In this document: positions 1 to 8,432 of the stretch, piece by piece
How positions within the stretch are numbered: the stretch's first letter is position 1
How the letters are laid out: each line of letters opens with the position of its first letter
NCBI GenBank assembly: GCA_902384455.1
Contig: CABMCB010000059.1
Span: 1 to 64,000, forward strand
DNA from: an uncultured archaeon
Lineage (GTDB): Archaea > Altiarchaeota > Altiarchaeia > IMC4 > SCGC-AAA252-I15
Length of the DNA stretch: 64,000 nucleotides
Direction: 5' to 3'
Position numbers and translations under genes: made by a program
Notes under the pieces: model-generated
The model's input: the letters and a program-made list of their open reading frames with translations, nothing else
What the model was told of the DNA's origin: nothing
The model's database searches: none

Positions 1-8
1 CCGTCGAT

Positions 9-728
9 TTGAGCGACGTCACAATCGGCGTCACAGCATTCCTGCGGTATCCGAGACTCGTGCAAGCGCTGAAAGGCATCGCACACTTCTTTCCGGAGTG
101 CCAATCCATCGTTGCCTCAGACGGCAATGAAAACATTCCGTCACACAAGGGCACGTCGATTCACATGGTGTTTGATTCCGGACTGTGCGCAAAGCGGAAC
201 GCGATAGTGGGATGCACCAAGACAAAATATCTTCTGATGTGCTCTGACGACTACGAGTTCGCCAGCGCACGGTCAGGCGTTGAGAAGATGAAAGCGGTTC
301 TCGACCGGCACGCTGCGCTCGACGTGGCAGGCGGACGCGTGAACGGACGGCTCTACGAAGGCTTCCTGGACTATCATCCCGGGAGTCACATCCGCGAGAT
401 TCGGCTACGGGAGAACTACAACTACAACGTGGAGTTCTACCGGTGCGACATCACCGCGAACTACTTCCTGGCGCGGACCAACAGGCTGCTGCCCTGGCCG
501 GAAGAACTAAAGATTGGCGGGGAGCACGCGTACTGGTTTCTGAAAATGAAGCAGGCGGGGGCCTTGACATGCTACGTGCCGGATGCTAATATAGACACTC
601 AGCAGCATGCCGAGACGCCTGACCCTGCGTACGTGGCTTACCGCCGACGTGCGTACGAGGGGCATCGTCGCATGAAGGAAATGCTGGACATCAAAACATA
701 CGTGGACTTTGACGGCAGGGAATCATGA
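9..728 (+). CDS. Glycosyltransferase family 2 (GT-A fold)
   Basis: VTIGVTAFLR start, SDG, GLCAKRN and SDD (DxD-like) motifs. Confidence 0.75.
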   Translation: MSDVTIGVTAFLRYPRLVQALKGIAHFFPECQSIVASDGNENIPSHKGTSIHMVFDSGLCAKRNAIVGCTKTKYLLMCSDDYEFASARSGVEKMKAVLDRHAALDVAGGRVNGRLYEGFLDYHPGSHIREIRLRENYNYNVEFYRCDITANYFLARTNRLLPWPEELKIGGEHAYWFLKMKQAGALTCYVPDANIDTQQHAETPDPAYVAYRRRAYEGHRRMKEMLDIKTYVDFDGRES

Positions 729-1195
729 GAAAAAAGTATAGCGAGATGACCGAGCGACAGAAAAGGTTACAAATAATCGCTTCTCAAAAATACCAAGCCT
801 CTCCGAAAGGTAGAAGGCGTAAGCAGAGCGCCCGTGTCAGAGAATTGAATAGGATATCAGTTCGCAAATATCAAGCTTCTCCAAAAGGTCGTGCAACAAG
901 ATTGGCGTACAGTAGAACAGAAAAGCACAGGTTCTATCAGAGGTTGTGGAATAAGAATTTCACGACGGTGGAAAAAGATAGAGCTATTCTAGCATGGAAA
1001 AATTTTGATGGGAAATGCTACTGTTGCGGGAGCACAAGTCCCGGGCACAAAAACGGTTGGGTTATTGACCACAAAGGAAGAAAATTTCGCGGCATCTTGT
1101 GCGCTGGTTGCAATCTCGCTTTAGGATTTATTAAAGACAGTGTTGAAAGATGCCAAAACTTGATTTCTTATTTGAAGGAAACAACATGTCGATAA
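725..1195 (+). CDS. Endonuclease VII-like homing endonuclease
   Basis: CYCCG...IDH...RGILCAGCNLALG motif; basic N-terminus with duplicated KYQASPKGR; AT-rich. Confidence 0.8.
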   Translation: MRKKYSEMTERQKRLQIIASQKYQASPKGRRRKQSARVRELNRISVRKYQASPKGRATRLAYSRTEKHRFYQRLWNKNFTTVEKDRAILAWKNFDGKCYCCGSTSPGHKNGWVIDHKGRKFRGILCAGCNLALGFIKDSVERCQNLISYLKETTCR

Positions 1196-1842
1196 TTATC
1201 TTTGGAGACGTGCATGGCTACACGAAGCAGTACCAAAAGTATCTACGCCAGAATCTTGACCCGTCCCAACGGACAATCCAAATCGGAGACATGGGTCTCG
1301 GATTCGCAGGTGTCGGACTACATCCGATGGCTGAGAACCACAAGTTCTTCCGGGGTAATCATGACAGTCCCGCGAAATGCCGAGCGCACAAGAATTATCT
1401 CGGAGATTATGGCTATCTTGAACTCGACGGAATATTCTATCTTGCTGGTGCCCGGTCTATTGACCGAGCGTACCGCACCGAAGGCGTCTCGTGGTGGGCC
1501 GACGAAGAACTCAGCTACGAAGAACTCGGCAAAGCGATTGACCTCTACAAGCAGGTCAAGCCGCGCTTCGTCCTGAGCCACGAGGCTCCGGCAATCGCGG
1601 GAAAGGTTTTGCTGCACAGTCAGCTAGGACCGTACTTCACCGCGAAGCTGGCGTGCTCGATGAGCCGCACGGCTGAAGCGATGCAGCAGATGCTGGACAT
1701 TCACCAGCCTGAGAAGTGGATATTCGGGCACTACCACCTGCACGAAGAGTTCTTCGCGCCGGGATACACAACAAGGTTCATCGTCGTAGGCGGACAGATG
1801 GACGGAATGGACGTACCTAAGACGTACGAACTGAAGACATGA
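1186..1842 (+). CDS. Calcineurin-like metallophosphoesterase
   Basis: GDVHG, GDMG, GNHD, SH, FGHYH motifs. Confidence 0.9.
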   Translation: MSIIIFGDVHGYTKQYQKYLRQNLDPSQRTIQIGDMGLGFAGVGLHPMAENHKFFRGNHDSPAKCRAHKNYLGDYGYLELDGIFYLAGARSIDRAYRTEGVSWWADEELSYEELGKAIDLYKQVKPRFVLSHEAPAIAGKVLLHSQLGPYFTAKLACSMSRTAEAMQQMLDIHQPEKWIFGHYHLHEEFFAPGYTTRFIVVGGQMDGMDVPKTYELKT

Positions 1843-2519
1843 GAAAAGTCTACCTGATAACCGACACGCATCTGAAGCACACAAAGGTCGCGACGTACTG
1901 CCAGCGGCCTGAAAACTTCACGGACATGACGCACAAGAACATCATGGACACCGTGAAGCCGGAGGACATCCTTCTCCACCTCGGAGACATCGGCATCGAC
2001 AAAGCCGAAGGTCCTGAAGGCTTCATGAAGTATGTTCGCATCTGGCCCGGAACGAAGTGGCTCGTTCTCGGCAACCATGACCACAAGTCTGCACTCTGGT
2101 ACACCGAGCACGGATTTCACTTCGCTGCGGACGGCATACTGTTCCGTGGCGTATGGTTCACGCACAAGCCTGCCAACGCGTTGCCGGAAGGCGCGAACAT
2201 AAACATCCACGGTCACCTGCACAACGTGTGGGACGGCTTTGGCAAGGACGACCCGGAAGCCGGGAACTCTGAATTTCACGATGCGTTCCGCCTGCAGCGG
2301 CTGAAGTATCCCTGGCAGCGGCTGCTGTCTCTTGAGTACACGAACTACATGCCCGTCGAGATGGACAAGTTCGTGGCGAAGGGACACCGGCTGTATCAGT
2401 CAACCGGACCGAATCAAGAAACCAAGGACAAGAACGAAGCACGCGGCTGGCTGCGTCAGGCAGTCGAAAGCTGCTTCGACGTTGACCCTGATGTGAAAGG
2501 ACTGATAGATGGCATTTGA
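1839..2519 (+). CDS. Calcineurin-like metallophosphoesterase
   Basis: TDTH, HLGD, GNHD, THKP, HGHLH motifs. Confidence 0.9.
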   Translation: MRKVYLITDTHLKHTKVATYCQRPENFTDMTHKNIMDTVKPEDILLHLGDIGIDKAEGPEGFMKYVRIWPGTKWLVLGNHDHKSALWYTEHGFHFAADGILFRGVWFTHKPANALPEGANINIHGHLHNVWDGFGKDDPEAGNSEFHDAFRLQRLKYPWQRLLSLEYTNYMPVEMDKFVAKGHRLYQSTGPNQETKDKNEARGWLRQAVESCFDVDPDVKGLIDGI

Positions 2520-2793
2520 ACGCAACTACTACAAGCCGCACGCGACCTGTCCGAAGTGCGGAAGCCTGGACCCGAAGCCGAAGTACGTGCCGCAGGACGC
2601 CAAACGGTATTATGATGCCATGACGAACTGGCACCACTTGAAGCACGACATAGCTCGAATAGAAGCAACGATGGGGCCGGTAGACTGGGTTGGTGAACTG
2701 CCGCCGGAGCCTAGCACGGATTTAATCAAGCCTGACCGCGTTGACTGCTTGTGCATCTGCGGCTGGCAATGGAGCGAAAATGGCACTGTTTGA
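2509..2793 (+). CDS. Hypothetical protein, Cys pairs
   Basis: CPKCG and CICG motifs; overlaps both neighbours in an operon-like arrangement. Confidence 0.6.
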   Translation: MAFERNYYKPHATCPKCGSLDPKPKYVPQDAKRYYDAMTNWHHLKHDIARIEATMGPVDWVGELPPEPSTDLIKPDRVDCLCICGWQWSENGTV

Positions 2794-3331
2794 ACCGGTA
2801 GTACAGTGGGTGCTGTACCAGGAAGACGACCATCGGCAACCTGGCAAGATTGTGAACCTGGGAGACGGCGCGGGAATGACGCGTCTCGGCATCACGTCGA
2901 ACAACTTCGGTGCTTACGTCGCTCCGAACTTTTTCACGGACATGTCTTTCACAGCCGCAGTCGTTCAGGCCAAGAAGGTCTACCGCGAACACTTCTGGAA
3001 TCTGTTCCACGGAGACAACATCGTGGCGAACGACTGCGCTGCGGTACTGCTGAGCAGTTCGGTCAACATCCGTGGTGGAGTTTCACATTCTGTGAAGATG
3101 CTCCAGCAGGTTCTCGGCGTGGAACAAGACGGCATTCTCGGACCAAAGACCGTGGACGAACTGAACTCCAAGGACAATCGCATCGTCGCGAACATGTTCA
3201 GAGGCGCGTGGGAGAACTTCTATCACGAACTGGTAGCGATGAACCCCGCGAAGGCTCAGTTCATGGACGGCTGGAAGGCTCGTGTTTGGTTTCCTTTCCC
3301 ATCGGATAAGGTACCGGACATTTATGAGTAG
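2780..3331 (+). CDS. GH108-like lysozyme/endolysin with peptidoglycan-binding domain
   Basis: E...DGAGMTRLGIT, YREHFW, LQQVLGVEQDGILGPKT, FMDGWKAR; GGAG RBS. Confidence 0.8.
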   Translation: MALFEPVVQWVLYQEDDHRQPGKIVNLGDGAGMTRLGITSNNFGAYVAPNFFTDMSFTAAVVQAKKVYREHFWNLFHGDNIVANDCAAVLLSSSVNIRGGVSHSVKMLQQVLGVEQDGILGPKTVDELNSKDNRIVANMFRGAWENFYHELVAMNPAKAQFMDGWKARVWFPFPSDKVPDIYE

Positions 3332-3680
3332 CCGCTATCTCGGCGAACCCGCGAACTTCAAGCCGACGCACGTCTACCGCTGCCCCAGGCTCGGCTGCAC
3401 GTACGAAGTGGCGGCGTACACCACGACCGGCATGATGCGGCTCGCGGACGAACACCGCTTGCAGCATCAGCGCACCGACCGCGAGAGACAGTTCAGAATC
3501 ACGACGATGCCGCCGAAGTCACCGGCTGAATACGAGATTTTGAAACTGACCTACGTGGACATGTGCTTTCTTGTGACGCGAGGCATTAAGGTTCCAGAGG
3601 ACACCGTGCTGGACACTTCGAAGCCGAAACCAGTTTGGGCAGAAGACTACAAGTGGATGAGATATAAACCGGAGGACTAA
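3324..3680 (+). CDS. Hypothetical protein, C2H2-like motif
   Basis: CPRLGC...HRLQH; coupled to neighbours. Confidence 0.55.
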   Translation: MSSRYLGEPANFKPTHVYRCPRLGCTYEVAAYTTTGMMRLADEHRLQHQRTDRERQFRITTMPPKSPAEYEILKLTYVDMCFLVTRGIKVPEDTVLDTSKPKPVWAEDYKWMRYKPED

Positions 3681-3970
3681 TGGACGTTAAGGAACAGGAT
3701 TACGCATACAGCCGAGGATTTTTAGAAGAGTGGTTGAAGAGTTCACCGACACAGGTGACGGAGAACTTGAACATTCTTTTTGAAGGACTCGAACTGTACC
3801 GCGACGGATACAACGACCTGCTGAAGAAGTACAACGAACTGACGGCTCTATCGGCCACGTATCTGTCGCTGATTCAGCAGCAGAAGGCAATCATCGACCA
3901 ACAGTTGATTGAAAGCCAGAGAGAGTTCCACCAAAGAGAAGATGAGACTAACGTGGGACGAACAGAATAG
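3680..3970 (+). CDS. Hypothetical coiled-coil protein
   Basis: GGAGG RBS; TAATG stop/start overlap. Confidence 0.65.
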   Translation: MDVKEQDYAYSRGFLEEWLKSSPTQVTENLNILFEGLELYRDGYNDLLKKYNELTALSATYLSLIQQQKAIIDQQLIESQREFHQREDETNVGRTE

Positions 3971-4472
3971 CTACTTCCTCGCCGAGCTAACGCCCGGTGA
4001 TAAGTGGCGCGAAGACATGGAAACTGTCAAGGCGGCGGGGTTCAAGACTACCGGTCCGCCGTCTTGGCAGTGGTACGCGCAGAAGGCAGCACCCCTCAAC
4101 AAGCTACGTGAGAACCGGCCATCGAGCGGACTCACGCTCACCGAGCTAGCACTCCAGAAGTATCAAGACATCAATTCGAAAGAGGAAGCCAAGGCTGCGC
4201 TCAAGGCTCAGCTTGTCCTGGCGCGGAAGGAAGCGGAGAAGCAGGTCAAGAAAGAACTCAAGTGCAAGGACGACAACGAGTACTACTTCGATGAAGACAT
4301 TCAGTGCCGGTGCATCGTGGTCCGGCCTGCCGAGACACCCTCCGTTTCGAAGTTCGTCCGGCCCGAACCGCCGAAGGAAACCTGCATGATTTGCGATGAC
4401 CCGCTGTATCTGTACGAGTCCAAAAATATCTGTATCTGGTGTGAGCATGAATTGGAAAAACAAAAACTATAA
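3942..4472 (+). CDS. Hypothetical protein with C-terminal Zn ribbon
   Basis: CMIC...CIWC. Confidence 0.65.
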   Translation: MRLTWDEQNSYFLAELTPGDKWREDMETVKAAGFKTTGPPSWQWYAQKAAPLNKLRENRPSSGLTLTELALQKYQDINSKEEAKAALKAQLVLARKEAEKQVKKELKCKDDNEYYFDEDIQCRCIVVRPAETPSVSKFVRPEPPKETCMICDDPLYLYESKNICIWCEHELEKQKL

Positions 4473-4806
4473 CTCGTGGTACAGTAAGAAAAATCGAAAA
4501 ACTTTTCGTGTCTATCACAAAGAGTATATTTCTAGGGTGAAGAAGGCCGTATTCGGTTTTTACTGCGGGGGAAAAATTCGATGCATGTGCGAAGGATGTC
4601 CGATTAGACACATTGATTTATTATCAATAGACCACATCGTGCCTATTCGAGGAAAACGTTACGGCGCAGGTCAAAAATACGGCTGGAACTTGTGGTTGTG
4701 GATTAAGAAAATGGGATATCCTAAAGGCTTCCAGGTTCTTTGCATGGCTTGCAACAAGGCTAAGGGCACGAATAGGTGCTGCCCGAGGTATGGCAAAAAA
4801 CATTAA
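4447..4806 (+). CDS. HNH homing endonuclease
   Basis: CMCEGC...LSIDHI...FQVLCMACNKAK; AT-rich. Confidence 0.8.
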   Translation: MNWKNKNYNSWYSKKNRKTFRVYHKEYISRVKKAVFGFYCGGKIRCMCEGCPIRHIDLLSIDHIVPIRGKRYGAGQKYGWNLWLWIKKMGYPKGFQVLCMACNKAKGTNRCCPRYGKKH

Positions 4807-4814
4807 ATAAACCC

Positions 4815-4843
4815 TTGACACAAAATCGGCAATCTAGTAGACT
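4815..4843 (+). promoter_or_regulatory. Sigma70-type promoter
   Basis: TTGACA-17 bp-TAGACT. Confidence 0.75.
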
Positions 4844-4850
4844 CTCAAAT

Positions 4851-4955
4851 GGGCGGTCCTGCTGTGAACCGTTGCATGCAGGGGAGCGGGATAAAGCGCG
4901 GCAAAGAGAAGCGCACAGGACCAAAGGTCCAAAGATGCCGACGGGTACGCCGCCC
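4851..4955 (+). ncRNA. Putative structured leader or small RNA
   Basis: Starts at the expected +1; GGGCGG/CCGCCC terminal stem, alternative GGTCCTG/CAGGACC pairing, GGACC-AAA-GGTCC hairpin. Confidence 0.4.
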
Positions 4956-4974
4956 ACGATTTTTAGGAGGAACA

Positions 4975-5124
4975 ATGAAGAAAATCTCACTGCCGTGGCT
5001 TTTGCTTTTGATTGCAACGCTGACTCTTCTCCTGGTCAACATGTACCAGAGCAAGGTCATCGAGCAGCAGCGTCAGGAAATTCGTCAGTTGTTCAAGAAG
5101 GCATTCGGAGGAAGCTTTGCTTAA
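4975..5124 (+). CDS. Small single-pass membrane protein
   Basis: AGGAGG RBS; hydrophobic N-terminal helix. Confidence 0.65.
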   Translation: MKKISLPWLLLLIATLTLLLVNMYQSKVIEQQRQEIRQLFKKAFGGSFA

Positions 5125-5530
5125 AAAGAATACCAGAGACCACTTCGCGAAGAAGTCACCCGGCTCGGCGGAAGTATTCGCCAAGCAGCGCAAAGAGCGG
5201 AACGCTGCACGACCAAAGCAGCGATGGGTCGGCGGGTCTATCAAAGAAGGCGGATATTGGACTCGTGAGCATCGCGCATAACTGCAAGCTGGAAGGCAAG
5301 CAGGGCGAGTATCTTTATCTCTGCTCGCGGTGCGGACACTGCTACGTCTGCAGGCACAAAGCGGTCTGTTTCGGCGACGGAACCTGGACCTGGAAGTGCA
5401 AAGACGGAAAGTTTAGGCCTGTCGTCAACGACGGCAAGCTAAAGGTTTCCTAGGGTACCCGCCCCGGCAGTACGGACGACGGGCAAGGAACTCCGTACGT
5501 TCTGGTGCCCTAGGATTGATTGGAGGAAAA

Positions 5531-5692
5531 ATGGCGATTACAAAAGACCTGACCTGCACCACGCATCCGAAATACCGAGCGATGCGAAAACCGACTTCTA
5601 ACTGCCGAGACTGCAAGCGGCTTTGGAAGGTAGCATCCATCACGAAGTCACTCTTTGAAATCTGGAAGAAACAGCGCCGTGGAACTGTTTGA
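5531..5692 (+). CDS. Small Cys/His protein
   Basis: GGAGG RBS; CTTHPKY...CRDC. Confidence 0.6.
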   Translation: MAITKDLTCTTHPKYRAMRKPTSNCRDCKRLWKVASITKSLFEIWKKQRRGTV

Positions 5693-5741
5693 ATTTCTCT
5701 TTTGTCCGGCCCATGGCCTCGTGTGGAAGTGTATTTTCTTC

Positions 5742-5770
5742 TTGACACAGGTAGACTTTTCTGCTACACC
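5742..5770 (+). promoter_or_regulatory. Sigma70-type promoter
   Basis: TTGACA-17 bp-TACACC preceded by TG. Confidence 0.5.
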
Positions 5771-5809
5771 CCACATGTTGCTAGCAGTGAAATCTAAATG
5801 GAGGAAATA

Positions 5810-6280
5810 ATGAAGAAGTTCTTTCTTGCACTCGCTTTACTCGCTCTGCCTCTGTCACTCAAGGCGCAGACCGACCTGAACGGCGACCAGGTTCAAAGCC
5901 AGCAGTACGAGGCTTCCATCGAAGCCAAGTAGGTTGCGGAACAGTCTGCGGAAAAGGCCAAGAACAACCTGACCCGTATCCAAGTCGAGGCCGAACAAGC
6001 GGCAGCGGCTGCTAAGGGTAAGGCGGACGCGGCAATCGCATCGGCAACCGGTGAAGCGCAGTCGGCTTTAATCGTTGCCAAGGCGAAGGCTGAAGCACAG
6101 CGCCTGCAGAAAGAAAACATCACTCCGGAACTGATTCAGATTCGGACGCTCGAACTGCTAGGGAAGAACTGGAAGGGAGACTTTCCAGAGACGTTCTTCG
6201 GCGGCGGTAGCGGTCTGAACCCGGTGAGCATCATCCTTCCTCAGCCGACGCACAAAGCGAAAGCTGAAGACAAGCAGTAA
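5810..6280 (+). pseudogene. Signal peptide plus prohibitin/SPFH C-terminal coiled coil, with in-frame TAG at codon 41 (5930-5932)
   Basis: GGAGG RBS; reads MKKFFLALALLALPLSLKA...YEASIEAK*VAEQSAEKAK...ITPELIQIRTLE...WKGDFP through to TAA at 6278-6280. Confidence 0.75.
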
Positions 6281-6331
6281 GAACTAGCGGCAGGGGCTGG
6301 CCGGGAACAGCCCCAAAAACTGGAGAGCGAA

Positions 6332-6781
6332 ATGTCAAAATGGCTAGCGGTTCTCGGTCTGCTGTTGGTCGGTGCAACATCAAGCTTGGCTCAGGGTCCG
6401 GCCACGAAGGACCAGGTCAAGGCGAGCGACTACGTCGAAGCCTGCCTGACCGGCCTGAAGGCCAACAGTGAAAGAAATCCGGACGAACTCGGCAAGGACC
6501 TAGCCGCGATGGGCATGTGCTACGGGTACACGCTCGCCAGTCTGGACACGCTGTACGAAGGCCGTGTTTCCATCACGGACAAGGGTGACAAGTATTACAT
6601 TACTCTCATCGGCGGCATGCCGAACTCGGTGGACTTCCTCGCAGGCTTTCTCTCGTTCATGATGCAAGAGAAACAGATGGACCTGACCAAGGTCTCAGCC
6701 ATCAACGCAATCTCGTTCTACCTGGTCAAGATGGACATGGCGACTGCGACACTTATCGAGCGCCACGCGGAAACCCAATAG
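6332..6781 (+). CDS. Secreted protein, Rap1a/Tai immunity-like
   Basis: Signal peptide; C...MCYGYTLASLD pattern. Confidence 0.45.
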   Translation: MSKWLAVLGLLLVGATSSLAQGPATKDQVKASDYVEACLTGLKANSERNPDELGKDLAAMGMCYGYTLASLDTLYEGRVSITDKGDKYYITLIGGMPNSVDFLAGFLSFMMQEKQMDLTKVSAINAISFYLVKMDMATATLIERHAETQ

Positions 6782-6957
6782 GAGAAAAAAGTGAAAAATA
6801 TAGCTAGACACGTGTTCGAAATGATGCTGGCGGAGGGCAGTCTGCGCGTGTCTCACAGCGGTAAGGTGATGGTAAAGGCGGCTGTCGCGTACCATCAGCA
6901 AGAACCGACCGAGTTCGAAATGCTCGACCGGTCGTTCGTCGTGGAGCGCAGCCTCTA

Positions 6958-7458
6958 ATGCTACTCGTTAACCTATCAGGCGGACTGCACACCGGCAAGA
7001 GCACCGTCGCGGCTGCGGTCTATGCCTATTTGAAGACTCGCGGTGTCAGCGCCGTGCTAATCGGCGAGGACCGCAAGAACCTGGCACCGTTTCAGTCTCC
7101 GCTACTCATGAACCACGTTCACGAAGTGGGCAGGATGTATGACCTGATGCAACAGGCTCAAAACCTGGACTACGACGTGGCAATCGCGGAAGCGCCTCTG
7201 TCTCTGATGGCGGCTTACTCCTACGGTCAGCCGTATCACGCACAGCTTCGAGGCCTGGTCGAGGTCATCGACAGCCAGTTCCCGAACTCGTTCAACGTGT
7301 TCATCCGTCGAGAGCAGGACAATAAGCAGGCCGACACCTGGGACAGCAGAGCGCTGGACTTCATGCCATCGGTGCAGTACGCCACGTACGGACCGAAGGC
7401 GGAAGAAATCTCCGAAGTGGTGTTTCACAGATTTCAAATGCAGAAAGAAAGTGCTTGA
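6958..7458 (+). CDS. P-loop NTPase (NMP kinase/NadR-like)
   Basis: VNLSGGLHTGKST Walker A. Confidence 0.7.
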   Translation: MLLVNLSGGLHTGKSTVAAAVYAYLKTRGVSAVLIGEDRKNLAPFQSPLLMNHVHEVGRMYDLMQQAQNLDYDVAIAEAPLSLMAAYSYGQPYHAQLRGLVEVIDSQFPNSFNVFIRREQDNKQADTWDSRALDFMPSVQYATYGPKAEEISEVVFHRFQMQKESA

Positions 7459-7483
7459 CAGGGAAAGTGAAAAATCGTAGAAT
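7455..7483 (+). promoter_or_regulatory. Sigma70-type promoter
   Basis: TTGACA-17 bp-TAGAAT. Confidence 0.8.
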
Positions 7484-7634
7484 GTACTTCCTCAGTTATT
7501 CCGGGACAGCGGATATAACCTGGCCCTGTCCCGGCTAAACTTGGAGGGCATGTGAAAGACCGAATCAAGGTGGGCATCATTCTTTTCGACTTTGCGATGT
7601 TCTGCATCGTCGTGTATCTATTGCAAGGGGCAAA

Positions 7635-8039
7635 ATGAAACTACGCTGGAAGATTCTACTCGTGATTGCTGCGGCGGCTCTCTGCGTTTACGCGTTCGGT
7701 GCGACACCTCGCGCCAACATGAAAAAGTTCTACGACGGGTACAACGAAGAGTACTTCGCTAACAGTCTGCCGGACGCGACGGTGTCCTGGGGCGACCTGA
7801 CATCCATCGGAGACATCGCGGTCACCTACCTTCACAAAGACGGCACGATTGACATCATCGTCGACAGGCGAAAGAATCCGAGCACGCGGCAGGCGCAAGC
7901 TTCCTTACTGCATGAAATGTGTCATGTGGCAACGTGGCCTGCGTCAGACGGACCGAAGGACGACCCGGACCACGGAGCGAAGCACGAGGCGTGCATGCTC
8001 AGACTCGCGGAACAGGGCGCGATGAAGGGAGTCTGGTAA
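7635..8039 (+). CDS. Secreted SprT-like zinc metalloprotease
   Basis: Signal peptide; YNEEYF...LP, LLHEMCH, HG motifs. Confidence 0.75.
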   Translation: MKLRWKILLVIAAAALCVYAFGATPRANMKKFYDGYNEEYFANSLPDATVSWGDLTSIGDIAVTYLHKDGTIDIIVDRRKNPSTRQAQASLLHEMCHVATWPASDGPKDDPDHGAKHEACMLRLAEQGAMKGVW

Positions 8040-8431
8040 TGCTCTACTGTGAGGCATGCCGAGTGTCAAAGAAACTGAACCGGCCTAGCACGTTTCCGTA
8101 TCACAATCACTATCTAGCGGCGTGCGAAATCTGCGGCAAGAACGGCGACTGCTATGACTTTCCCGCGCTGTGGGCACGGCAGCGCTCGACCTGGACGTCG
8201 GAAGATATTCTACTTGACAAGCGTCTGCAACAGGAGTACATGTATAAAGCGGAGAGCATGATTCTGCCGGTCGTAGGCGGTAGTCACGCCGGAGCGGAGA
8301 ACCCGACCAAGACCGCGATGCTCAGAAATGCATTCATCAAGGACCGAAACACGGGAGACGTTGACTGGTATCAGACTTACGAACTGAGAAAGAAAATTCA
8401 AGAAGGATTCGACAAACTAAACAGGAGATAA
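8039..8431 (+). CDS. Hypothetical Zn-finger protein
   Basis: CEAC...CEICG; TAATG coupling. Confidence 0.6.
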   Translation: MLYCEACRVSKKLNRPSTFPYHNHYLAACEICGKNGDCYDFPALWARQRSTWTSEDILLDKRLQQEYMYKAESMILPVVGGSHAGAENPTKTAMLRNAFIKDRNTGDVDWYQTYELRKKIQEGFDKLNRR

Positions 8432-8432
8432 C

